This document shows positions 1 to 11,318 of a stretch of DNA of 64,000 nucleotides, piece by piece. Both the position numbers and the translations under genes were made by a program. Source of the stretch: Eledone cirrhosa. Taxonomy: Eukaryota. Every line of letters begins with the position of its first letter. Within the stretch, counting starts at the first letter, position 1. Where the stretch lies: the NCBI GenBank assembly GCA_964016885.1, contig OZ024744.1, forward strand, positions 19,530,001 to 19,594,000, read 5' to 3'. Below the pieces are notes generated by a model, which was not told where the DNA came from, searched no databases, and saw nothing but the letters and a program-made list of their open reading frames with translations.

Positions 1-375
1 AATTAGAAATTATAAGCTTTCACCGTATTTTAGACTAAAGAAATGTATAGCTTGATAGTGGGGTTTATAACCCAAGGAGAAATAGAAAAATATGAGTGTT
101 GCCATACCTGGGAGTCGAACCCACATATTTTGTTATCCAGACCATTGTGCTACCATTACACCAATACACATCCCATCTCCTTCCATTCGAATTAGAAGCT
201 ATGAACTTAGCAAGTGAATGATAAACAAGCAAATCATAAACGTAAACATGTAAGTATGTATTTGAAACGGTGCGCTCGTTTGAAATTAAAAATTAGAAAT
301 TATAAGCTCTCACCGTATTTTAGAATAAAGAAATTTATAGCTTGATAGTGGGGTTTATAACCCTCGGAGAAATGG

Positions 376-381
376 AAAAAA
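376..381 (-). terminator. Putative Pol III oligo(T) terminator (T6 here, T5 in most monomers)
   Basis: The + strand A5/A6 run is a minus-strand T-run starting 9 nt after tRNA position 73 (…GGCA-ACACTCATC-TTTTT). It is present in every monomer I inspected. Confidence 0.6.
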
Positions 382-401
382 GATGAGTGTTGCCATACAT
401 G

Positions 402-412
402 GGAGTCGAACC
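402..412 (-). promoter_or_regulatory. Pol III type-2 internal promoter B box (representative; one per monomer)
   Basis: GGTTCGACTCC matches the B-box consensus GGTTCGANTCC and lies 31 nt downstream of the A box. It is intact in most monomers. Confidence 0.8.
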
Positions 413-443
413 CACATATTTGGTTATCCAGACCACTGTGCTA

Positions 444-454
444 CCATTACACCA
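444..454 (-). promoter_or_regulatory. Pol III type-2 internal promoter A box (representative; one per monomer)
   Basis: TGGTGTAATGG (other allele TGGTCTAATGG) fits the A-box pattern TRGYNNARNGG in its 11-nt form, at tRNA positions 8-19. Confidence 0.7.
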
Positions 455-572
455 ATACACATCCCATCTTCTTCCATTCGAATTAGAAGCTATGAACTTA
501 GCAAGTGAATGATAAACAAGCAAATTATAAACGTAAACATGTAAGTATGTTTTTGAAACGGTGCGCGAGTTT

Positions 573-593
573 GAAATTAGAAATTAGAAATTA
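573..593 (+). repeat. (GAAATTA)3 heptamer sub-repeat in each monomer
   Basis: GAAATTAGAAATTAGAAATTA is directly visible. It is reduced to one unit in the 276-bp monomers, and the region is 7 bp shorter near 60190. Confidence 0.95.
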
Positions 594-661
594 TAAGCTT
601 TCACCGGATTTTAGACTAAAGAAATGTATAGCTTGATAGTGGGGTTTATAACCCTAGGAGA

Positions 662-768
662 AATGGAAAAAGATGAGTGTTGCCATACCTGGGAGTCGAA
701 CCCACATCTTTGGTTATCCAGACCACTGTGCTACCATTACACCAATACACATCCCATCTCCTTCCATT
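662..768 (-). repeat. Imperfect inverted repeat enclosing the tRNA-like element (arms 662-680 and 749-768; one per monomer)
   Basis: Arm 1 (+) is AATGGAAAAAGATGAG-TGT; the reverse complement of arm 2 is AATGGAAGGAGATGGGATGT. They differ by three A/G substitutions and one extra base. Confidence 0.85.
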
Positions 769-3569
769 CGAATTAGAAGCTATGAACTTAGCAAGTGAAT
801 GATAAACAAGCAAATTATAAACGTAAACATGTAAGTATGTTTTTGAAACGGTGCGCTCGTTTGAAACTAGAAATTAGAAATTATAAGCTTTCACCGTATT
901 TTAGACTGAAGAAATTTATAGCGTGATAGTGGGGATTATAACCCTCGGAGAAATGGAAAAAGATGAGTGTTGCCATACATGGGAGTCGAACCCACATATT
1001 TGGTTATCCAGACCACTGTGCTACCATTACACCAATACACATCCCATCTCCTTCCATTCGAATTAGAAACTATGAACTTAGCAAGTGAATGATAAACAAG
1101 CACATTATAAACGTAAACATGTAAGTATGTTTTTGAAACGGTGCGCTCGTTTGAAACTAGAAATTAGAAATTATAAGCTTTCACCGTATTTTAGACTAAA
1201 GAAATTTATAGCTTGATAGTGGGGATTATAACCCTCGGAGAAATGGAAAAAAGATGAGTGTTGCCATACATGGGAGTCGAACCCACATATTTGGTTATCC
1301 AGACCACTGTGCTACCATTACACCAATACACATCCCATCTTCTTCCATTCGAATTAGAAGCTATGAACTTAGCAAGTGAATGATAAACAAGCAAATTATA
1401 AACGTAAACATGTAAGTATGTTTTTGAAACGGTGCGCGAGTTTGAAATTAGAAATTAGAAATTATAAGCTTTCACCGGATTTTAGACTAAAGAAATGTAT
1501 AGCTTGATAGTGGGGTTTATAACCCAAGGAGAAATGGAAAAAGATGAGTGTTGCCATACCTGGGAGTCGAACCTACATATATTGTTATCCAGACCATTGT
1601 GCTACCATTACACCAATACACATCCCATCTCCTTCCATTCGAATTAGAAGCTATGAACTTAGCAAGTGAATGATAAACAAACAAATTATAAACGTAAACA
1701 TGTAAGTATGTATTTGAAACGGTGCGCTCGTTTGAAATTAGAAATTAGAAATTATAAGCTTTCACCGTATTTTAGAATAAAGAAATTTATAGCTTGATAG
1801 TGGGGTTTATAACCCTCGGAGAAATGGAAAAAAGATGAGTGTTGCCATACATGGGAGTTGAACCCATATATTTGGTTATCCAGACCACTGTGCTACCATT
1901 ACACCAATACACGTCCCATCTCCTTCCATTCGAATTAGAAGCTATGAACTTAGCAAGTGTATGAAAAACAAGCAAATTATAAACGCAAACATGTAAGTAT
2001 GTATTTGAAACGGTGCGCTCGTTTGAAATTAAAAATTAGAAATTATAAGCTCTCACCGTATTTTAGAATAAAGAAATTTATAGCTTGATAGTGGGGTTTA
2101 TAACCCTCGGAGAAATGGAAAAAAGATGAGTGTTGCCATACATGGGAGTCGAACCCACATATTTGGTTATCCAGACCACTGTGCTACCATTACACCAATA
2201 CACATCCCATCTCCTTCCATTCGAATTAGAAGCTATGAACTTAGCAAGTGAATGATAAACAAGCAAATTATAAACGTAAACATGTAAGTATGTTTTTGAA
2301 ACGGTGCGCTCGTTTGAAACTAGAAATTAGAAATTATAAGCTTTCACCGTATTTTAGACTGAAGAAATTTATAGCGTGATAGTGGGGATTATAACCCTCG
2401 GAGAAATGGAAAAAGATGAGTGTTGCCATACATGGGAGTCGAACCCACATATTTGGTTATCCAGACCACTGTGCTACCATTACACCAATACACATCCCAT
2501 CTCCTTCCATTCGAATTAGAAACTATGAACTTAGCAAGTGAATGATAAACAAGCACATTATAAACGTAAACATGTAAGTATGTTTTTGAAACGGTGCGCT
2601 CGTTTGAAACTAGAAATTAGAAATTATAAGCTTTCACCGTATTTTAGACTAAAGAAATTTATAGCTTGATAGTGGGGATTATAACCCTCGGAGAAATTGA
2701 AAAAGATGAGTGTTGCCATACATGGGAGTCGAACCCACATATATTGTTATCCAGACCACTGTCCTACCATTAGACCAATACACATCCCATCTCCTTCCAT
2801 TCGAATTAGAAGCTATGAACTGAGCAAGTGAATGATAGACAAGCAAATTATAAACGTAAACATGTAAGTATCTTTTTGAAACGGTGCACGAGTTTGAAAT
2901 TATAAGCTTTCACCGTATTTTAGACTAAAGAAATGTATAGCTTGATAGTGGGGTTTATAACCCTAGGAGAAATGGAAAAAGATGAGTGTTGCCATACCTG
3001 GGAGTCGAACCCACATCTTTGGTTATCCAGACCACTGTCCTACCATTAGACCAATACACATCCCATCTCCTTCCATTCGAATTAGAAGCTATGAACTTAG
3101 CAAGTGAATGATAAACAAGCAAATTATAAACGTAAACATGTAAGTATGTTTTTGAAACGGTGCGCTCGTTTGAAATTAGAAATTAGAAATTATAAGCTTT
3201 CACCGTATGTTAGACTAAAGATATTTATATCTTGATAGTTGGGTTTATAACCCTCGGAGAAATGGAAAAAGATGAGTGTTGCCATACCTGGGAGTCGAAC
3301 CCACATATTTGGTTATCCAGACCACTGTGCTACCATTACACTAATACACATCCCATCTCCTTCCATTCGAATTAGAAGCTATGAACTTAGCAAGTGAATG
3401 ATAAACAAGCTAATTATAAACGTAAACATGTAAGTATGTGTTTGAAACGGTGCGCGAGTTTGAAATTAGAAATTAGAAATTATAAGCTTTCACCGTATTT
3501 TAGACTAAAGAAATTTATAGCTTGATAGTGGGGATTATAACCCTCGGAGAAATGGAAAAAGATGAGTGT

Positions 3570-3640
3570 TGCCATACATGGGAGTCGAACCCACATCTTT
3601 GGTTATCCAGACCACTGTCCTACCATTAGACCAATACACA
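3570..3640 (-). pseudogene. Degenerate tRNA-like element, representative copy with the C12-G23 D-arm allele
   Basis: Same cloverleaf layout, but the D arm reads GTCT-AATGGTA-GGAC (+ strand gtcctaccattagac) and the variable loop AGAT. Confidence 0.85.
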
Positions 3641-6600
3641 TCCCATCTCCTTCCATTCGAATTAGAAGCTATGAACTTAGCAAGTGAATGATAAACAAGT
3701 AAATTATAAACGTAAACATGTGAGTATGTTTTTGAAACGGTGCGCTCGTTTGAAATTAGAAATTAGAAATTATAAGCTTTCACCGTATGTTAGACTAAAG
3801 ATATTTATAGCTTGATAGTGGGGATTATAATCCTCGGAGAAATGGAAAAAGATGAGTGTTGCCATACCTGGGAGTCGAACCCACATCTCTGGTTATCCAG
3901 ACCACTGTCCTACCATTAGACCAATACACATCCCATCTCCTTCCATTCGAAATAGAAGCTATGAACTTAGCAAGTGAATGATAAACAAGCAAATTATAAA
4001 CGTAAACATGTAAGTATGTTTTTGAAACGGTGCGCGAGTTTGAAATTAGAAATTAGAAATTATAAGCTTTCACCGTATTTTAGACTAAAGAAATTTATAG
4101 CTTGATAGTGGGGATTATAACCCTCGCAGAAATGGAAAAAGATGAGTGTTGCCATACATGGGAGTCGAACCCACATCTTTGGTTATCCAGACCACTGTCC
4201 TACCATTAGACCAATACACATCCCATCTCCTTCCATTCGAATTAGAAGCTATGAACTTAGCAAGTGAATGATAAACAAGCAAATTATAAACGTAAACATG
4301 TAAGTATGTATTTGAAACGGTGCGCTCGTTTGAAATTAGAAATTATAAATTATAAGCTTTCACCGTATTTTAGAATAAAGAAATTTATAGCTTGATAGTG
4401 GGGTTTATAACCCTCGGAGACATGGAAAAAGATGAGTGTTGCCATACCTGGGAGTCGAACCCACATCTCTGGTTATCCAGACCACTGTCCTACCATTAGA
4501 CCAATACACATCCCATCTCCTTCTATTCGAATTAGAAGCTATGAACTTAGCAAGTGAATGATAAACAAGCAAATTATAAACGTAACCATGTAAGTATGTT
4601 TTTGAAACGGTGCGCTCGTTTGAAATTAGAAATTAGAAATTATAAGCTTTCACCGGATTTTAGACTAAAGAAATGTATAGCTTGATAGTGGGGTTTATAA
4701 CCCAAGGAGAAATGGAAAAAGATGAGTGTTGCCATACCTGGGAGTCGAACCCACATATTTTGTTATCCAGACCATTGTGCTACCATTACACTAATACACA
4801 TCCCATCTCCTTCCATTCGAATTAGAAGCTATGAACTTAGCAAGTGAATGATAAACAAGCACATTATAAACGTAAACATGTAAGTATGTATTTGAAACGG
4901 TGCGCTCGTTTGAAATTAGAAATTAGAAATTATAAGCTTTCACCGTATTTTAGAATAAAGAAATTTATAGCTTGATAGTGGGGTTTATAACCCTCGGAGA
5001 AATGGAAAAAAGATGAGTGTTGCCATACATGGGAGTCGAACCCACATATTTGGTTATCCAGACCACTGTGCTACCATTACACCAATACACGTCCCATCTC
5101 CTTCCATTCGAATTAGAAGCTATGAACTTAGCAAGTGAATGATAAACAAGCACATTATAAACGTAAACATGTAAGTATGTTTTTGAAACGGTGCGCTCGT
5201 TTGAAATTAGAAATTAGAAATTATAAGCTTTCACCGGATTTTAGACTAAAGAAATGTATAGCTTGATAGTGGGGTTTATAACCCAAGGAGAAATAGAAAA
5301 ATATGAGTGTTGCCATACCTGGGAGTCGAACCCACATATTTTGTTATCCAGACCATTGTGCTACCATTACACCAATACACATCCCATCTCCTTCCATTCG
5401 AATTAGAAGCTATGAACTTAGCAAGTGAATGATAAACAAGCAAATCATAAACGTAAACATGTAAGTATGTATTTGAAACGGTGCGCTCGTTTGAAATTAA
5501 AAATTAGAAATTATAAGCTCTCACCGTATTTTAGAATAAAGAAATTTATAGCTTGATAGTGGGGTTTATAACCCTCGGAGAAATGGAAAAAAGATGAGTG
5601 TTGCCATACATGGGAGTCGAACCCACATATTTGGTTATCCAGACCACTGTGCTACCATTACACCAATACACGTCCCATCTCCTTCCATTCGAATTAGAAG
5701 CTATGAACTTAGCAAGTGAATGATAAACAAGCACATTATAAACGTAAACATGTAAGTATGTTTTTGAAACGGTGCGCTCGTTTGAAATTAGAAATTAGAA
5801 ATTATAAGCTTTCACCGTATTTTAGACTGAAGAAATTTATAGCGTGATAGTGGGGATTATAACCCTCGGAGAAATGGAAAAAGATGAGTGTTGCCATACA
5901 TGGGAGTCGAACCCACATATTTGGTTATCCGGACCACTGTGCTACCATTACACCAATACACATCCCATCTCCTTCCATTCGAATTAGAAACTATGAACTT
6001 AGCAAGTGAATGATAAACAAGCACATTATAAACGTAAACATGTAAGTATGTTTTTGAAACGGTGCGCTCGTTTGAAACTAGAAATTAGAAATTATAAGCT
6101 TTCACCGTATTTTAGACTAAAGAAATTTATAGCTTGATAGTGGGGATTATAACCCTCGGAGAAATTGAAAAAGATGAGTGTTGCCATACATGGGAGTCGA
6201 ACCCACATATATTGTTATCCAGACCACTGTCCTACCATTAGACCAATACACATCCCATCTCCTTCCATTCGAATTAGAAGCTATGAACTGAGCAAGTGAA
6301 TGATAGACAAGCAAATTATAAACGTAAACATGTAAGTATCTTTTTGAAACGGTGCACGAGTTTGAAATTATAAGCTTTCACCGTATTTTAGACTAAAGAA
6401 ATTTATAGCTTGATAGTGGGGATTATAACCCTCGGAGAAATTGAAAAAGATGAGTGTTGCCATACATGGGAGTCGAACCCACATATTTGGTTATCCAGAC
6501 CACTGTGCTACCATTACACTAATACACATCCCATCTCCTTCCATTCGAATTAGAAGCTATGAACTTAGCAAGTGAATGATAAACAAGCTAATTATAAACG

Positions 6601-9600
6601 TAAACATGTAAGTATGTGTTTGAAACGGTGCGCGAGTTTGAAATTAGAAATTAGAAATTATAAGCTTTCACCGTATTTTAGACTAAAGAAATTTATAGCT
6701 TGATAGTGGGGATTATAACCCTCGGAGAAATGGAAAAAGATGAGTGTTGCCATACATGGGAGTCGAACCCACATCTCTGGTTATCCAGACCACTGTCCTA
6801 CCATTAGACCAATACACATCCCATCTCCTTCCATTCGAATTAGAAGCTATGAACTTAGCAAGTGAATGATAAACAAGCAAATTATAAACGTAAACATGTA
6901 AGTATGTTTTTGAAACGGTGCGCGAGTTTGAAATTAGAAATTAGAAATTATAAGCTTTCACCGTATTTTAGACTAAAGAAATTTATAGCTTGATAGTGGG
7001 GATTATAACCCTCGCAGAAATGGAAAAAGATGAGTGTTGCCATACATGGGAGTCGAACCCACATCTTTGGTTATCCAGACCACTGTCCTACCATTAGACC
7101 AATACACATCCCATCTCCTTCCATTCGAATTAGAAGCTATGAACTTAGCAAGTGAATGATAAACAAGCAAATTATAAACGTAAACATGTAAGTATGTATT
7201 TGAAACGGTGCGCTCGTTTGAAATTAGAAATTATAAATTATAAGCTTTCACCGTATTTTAGAATAAAGAAATTTATAGCTTGATAGTGGGGTTTATAACC
7301 CTCGGAAACATGGAAAAAGATGAGTGTTGCCATACCTGGGAGTCGAACCCACATCTCTGGTTATCCAGACCACTGTCCTACCATTAGACCAATACACATC
7401 CCATCTCCTTCTATTCGAATTAGAAGCTATGAACTTAGCAAGTGAATGATAAACAAGCAAATTATAAACGTAACCATGTAAGTATGTTTTTGAAACGGTG
7501 CGCTCGTTTGAAATTAGAAATTAGAAATTATAAGCTTTCACCGGATTTTAGACTAAAGAAATGTATAGCTTGATAGTGGGGTTTATAACCCAAGGAGAAA
7601 TGGAAAAAGATGAGTGTTGCCATACCTGGGAGTCGAACCTACATATATTGTTATCCAGACCATTGTGCTACCATTACACCAATACACATCCCATCTCCTT
7701 CCATTCGAATTAGAAGCTATGAACTTAGCAAGTGAATGATAAACAAACAAATTATAAACGTAAACATGTAAGCATGTATTTGAAACGGTGCGCTCGTTTG
7801 AAATTAGAAATTAGAAATTATAAGCTTTCACCGTATTTTAGAATAAAGAAATGTATAGCTTGATAGTGGGGTTTATAACCCTCGGAGAAATGGAAAAAAG
7901 ATGAGTGTTGCCATACATGGGAGTCGAACCCACATATTTGGTTATCCAGACCACTGTGCTACCATTACACCAATACACGTCCCATCTCCTTCCATTCGAA
8001 TTAGAAGCTATGAACTTAGCAAGTGAATGATAAACAAGCAAATTATAAACGCAAACATGTAAGTATGTGTTTGAAACGGTGCGCGAGTTTGAAATTAGAA
8101 ATTAGAAATTATAACTTTCACAGTATTTTAGACTAAAGAAATTTATAGCTTGATAGTGGGGATTATAACCCTCGGAGAAATGGAAAAAGATGAGTGTTGC
8201 CATACATGGGAGTCGAACCCACATCTTTGGCTATCCAGACCACTGTCCTACCATTAGACCAATACACATCCCATCTCCTTCCATTCGAATTAGAAGCTAT
8301 GAACTTAGCAAGTGAATGATAAACTAGCAAATTATAAACGTAAACATGTTAGTATGTTTTTGAAACGGTGCTCGAGTTTGAAATTAGAAATTAGAAATTA
8401 TAAGCTTTCACCTTATTTTAGACTAAAGAAATGTATAGCTTGATAGTGGGGTTTATAACCCTAGGAGAAATGGAAAAAGATGAGTGTTGCCATACCTGGG
8501 AGTCGAACCCACATCTTTGGTTATCCAGACCACTGTCCTACCATTAGACCAATACACATCCCATCTCCTTCCATTCGAATTAGAAGCTATGAACTTAGCA
8601 AGTGAATGATAAACAAGTAAATTATAAACGTAAACATGTGAGTATGTTTTTGAAACGGTGCGCTCGTTTGAAATTAGAAATTAGAAATTATAAGCTTTCA
8701 CCGTATGTTAGACTAAAGATATTTATAGCTTGATAGTGGGGATTATAATCCTCGGAGAAATGGAAAAAGATGAGTGTTGCCATACCTGGGAGTCGAACCC
8801 ACATCTCTGGTTATCCAGACCACTGTCCTACCATTAGACCAATACACATCCCATCTCCTTCCATTCGAATTAGAAGCTATGAACTTAGCAAGTGAATGAT
8901 AAACAAGCAAATTATAAACGTAAACATGTAAGAATGTTTTTGAAACGGTGCGCGAGTTTGAAATTAGAAATTAGAAATTATAAGCTTTCACCGTATTTTA
9001 GACTAAAGAAATTTATAGCTTGATAGTGGGGATTATAACCCTCGCAGAAATGGAAAAAGATGAGTGTTGCCATACATGGGAGTCGAACCCACATCTTTGG
9101 TTATCCATACCACTGTCCTACCATTAGACCAATACACATCCCATCTCCTTCCATTCGAATTAGAAGCTATGAACTTAGCAAGTGAATGATAAACAAGCAA
9201 ATTATAAACGTAAACATGTAAGTATGTATTTGAAACGGTGCGCTCGTTTGAAATTAGAAATTATAAATTATAAGCTTTCACCGTATTTTAGAATAAAGAA
9301 ATTTATAGCTTGATAGTGGGGTTTATAACCCTCGGAGACATGGAAAAAGATGAGTGTTGCCATACCTGGGAGTCGAACCCACATCTCTGGTTATCCAGAC
9401 CACTGTCCTACCATTAGACCAATACACATCCCATCTCCTTCTATTCGAATTAGAAGCTATGAACTTAGCAAGTGAATGATAAACAAGCAAATTATAAACG
9501 TAAACATGTAAGTATGTTTTTGAAACGGTGCGCTCGTTTGAAATTAGAAATTAGAAATTATAAGCTTACACCGGATTTTAGACTAAAGAAATGTATAGCT

Positions 9601-11318
9601 TGATAGTGGGGTTTATAACCCAAGGAGAAATGGAAAAAGATGAGTGTTGCCATACCTGGGAGTCGAACCTACATATATTGTTATCCAGACCATTCTGCTA
9701 CCATTACACCAATACACATCCCATCTCCTTCCATTCGAATTAGAAGCTATGAACTTAGCAAGTGAATGATAAACAAACAAATTATAAACGTAAACATGTA
9801 AGCATGTATTTGAAACGGTGCGCTCGTTTGAAATTAGAAATTAGAAATTATAAGCTTTCACCGTATTTTAGAATAAAGAAACGTATAGCTTGATAGTGGG
9901 GTTTATAACCCTCGGAGAAATGGAAAAAAGATGAGTGTTGCCATACATGGGAGTCGAACCCACATATTTGGTTATCCAGACCACTGTGCTACCATTACAC
10001 CAATACACGTCCCATCTCCTTCCATTCGAATTAGAAGCTATGAACTTAGCAAGTGAATGATAAACAAGCAAATTATAAACGCAAACATGTAAGTATGTTT
10101 TTGAAACGGTGCGCTCGTTTGAAATTAGAAATTAGAAATTATAAGCTTTCACCGTATGTTAGACTAAAGATATTTATAGCTTGATAGTGGGGATTATAAT
10201 CCTCGGAGAAATGGAAAAAGATGAGTGTTGCCATACCTGGGAGTCGAACCCACATCTCTGGTTATCCAGACCACTGTCCTACCATTAGACCAATACACAT
10301 CCCATCTCCTTCCATTCGAATTAGAAGCTATGAACTTAGCAAGTGAATGATAAACAAGCAAATTATAAACGTAAACATGTAAGTATGTTTTTGAAACGGT
10401 GCGCGAGTTTGAAATTAGAAATTAGAAATTATAAGCTTTCACCGTATTTTAGACAAAAGAAATTTATAGCTTGATAGTGGGGATTATAACCCTCGCAGAA
10501 ATGGAAAAAGATGAGTGTTGCCATACATGGGAGTCGAACCCACATCTTTGGTTATCCAGACCACTGTCCTACCATTAGACCAATACACATCCCATCACCT
10601 TCCATTCGAATTAGAAGCTATGAACTTAGCAAGTGAATGATAAACAAGCAAATTATAAACGTAAACATGTAAGTATGTATTTGAAACGGTGCGCTCGTTT
10701 GAAATTAGAAATTATAAATTATAAGCTTTCACCGTATTTTAGAATAAAGAAATTTATAGCTTGATAGTGGGGTTTATAACCCTCGGAGACATGGAAAAAG
10801 ATGAGTGTTGCCATACCTGGGAGTCGAACCCACATCTCTGGTTATCCAGACCACTGTCCTACCATTAGACCAATACACATCCCATCTCCTTCTATTCGAA
10901 TTAGAAGCTATGAACTTAGCAAGTGAATGATAAACAAGCAAATTATAAACGTAAACATGTAAGTATGTTTTTGAAACGGTGCGCTCGTTTGAAATTAGAA
11001 ATTAGAAATTATAAGCTCTCACCGGATTTTAGACTAAAGAAATGTATAGCTTGATAGTGGGGTTTATAACCCAAGGAGAAATGGAAAAAGATGAGTGTTG
11101 CCATACCTGGGAGTCGAACCTACATATATTGTTATCCAGACCATTGTGCTACCATTACACCAATACACATCCCATCTCCTTCCATTCGAATTAGAAGCTA
11201 TGAACTTAGCAAGTGAATGATAAACATACAAATTATAAACGTAAACATGTAAGCATGTATTTGAAACGGTGCGCTCGTTTGAAATTAGAAATTAGAAATT
11301 ATAAGCTTTCACCGTATT

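Larger units (their letters stand above)
391..461 (-). pseudogene. Degenerate tRNA-like element, representative copy with the G12-C23 D-arm allele; one per monomer (also 100-170, 681-751, etc.)
   Basis: Minus strand reads TGTGTAT-TG-GTGT-AATGGTA-GCAC-A-GTGGT-CTGGATA-ACCAA-ATAT-GTGGG-TTCGACT-CCCAT-GTATGGC-A. It shows T8, a 4-bp D stem with A14/G18/G19/A21, a 4/5-bp anticodon stem with a 7-nt loop and T33, a short variable loop, and a 5-bp T stem with TTCGA. The acceptor stem is weak (pairs 1-72 and 2-71 mismatched, three G·T), there is no encoded CCA, and position 37 is a pyrimidine, so it is unlikely to be a translating tRNA. Isotype not assignable (nominal anticodon GGA). Confidence 0.85.

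Noticed and set aside
1-290. Monomer as a dimer of ~145-bp nucleosome-sized subunits; 5S rDNA unit
   Set aside because: The two halves show no evident similarity, there is no recognisable 5S rRNA sequence, and the promoter is of A/B-box type.
391-461. Functional tRNA-Ser(GGA) gene cluster
   Set aside because: The top of the acceptor stem is mismatched, 27-43 is mismatched, position 37 is T, there is no long variable arm, and many copies have T-stem or anticodon-stem mismatches.
662-768. MITE with terminal inverted repeats, or dispersed SINE insertion
   Set aside because: No target-site duplication, poly(A) tail or dispersed or empty-site context is visible. An ancestral SINE or MITE origin cannot be excluded.
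815-821. Upstream TATA box for the tRNA-like unit
   Set aside because: Minus-strand TTTATAA lies ~65 nt from tRNA position 1 and ~50 nt from the outer stem start, farther than the usual ~30, and TTATAA occurs three times per AT-rich monomer.
838-865. CENP-B box
   Set aside because: Only GAAACGG resembles it; the essential TTCG-N4-A-N2-CGGG arrangement is absent.
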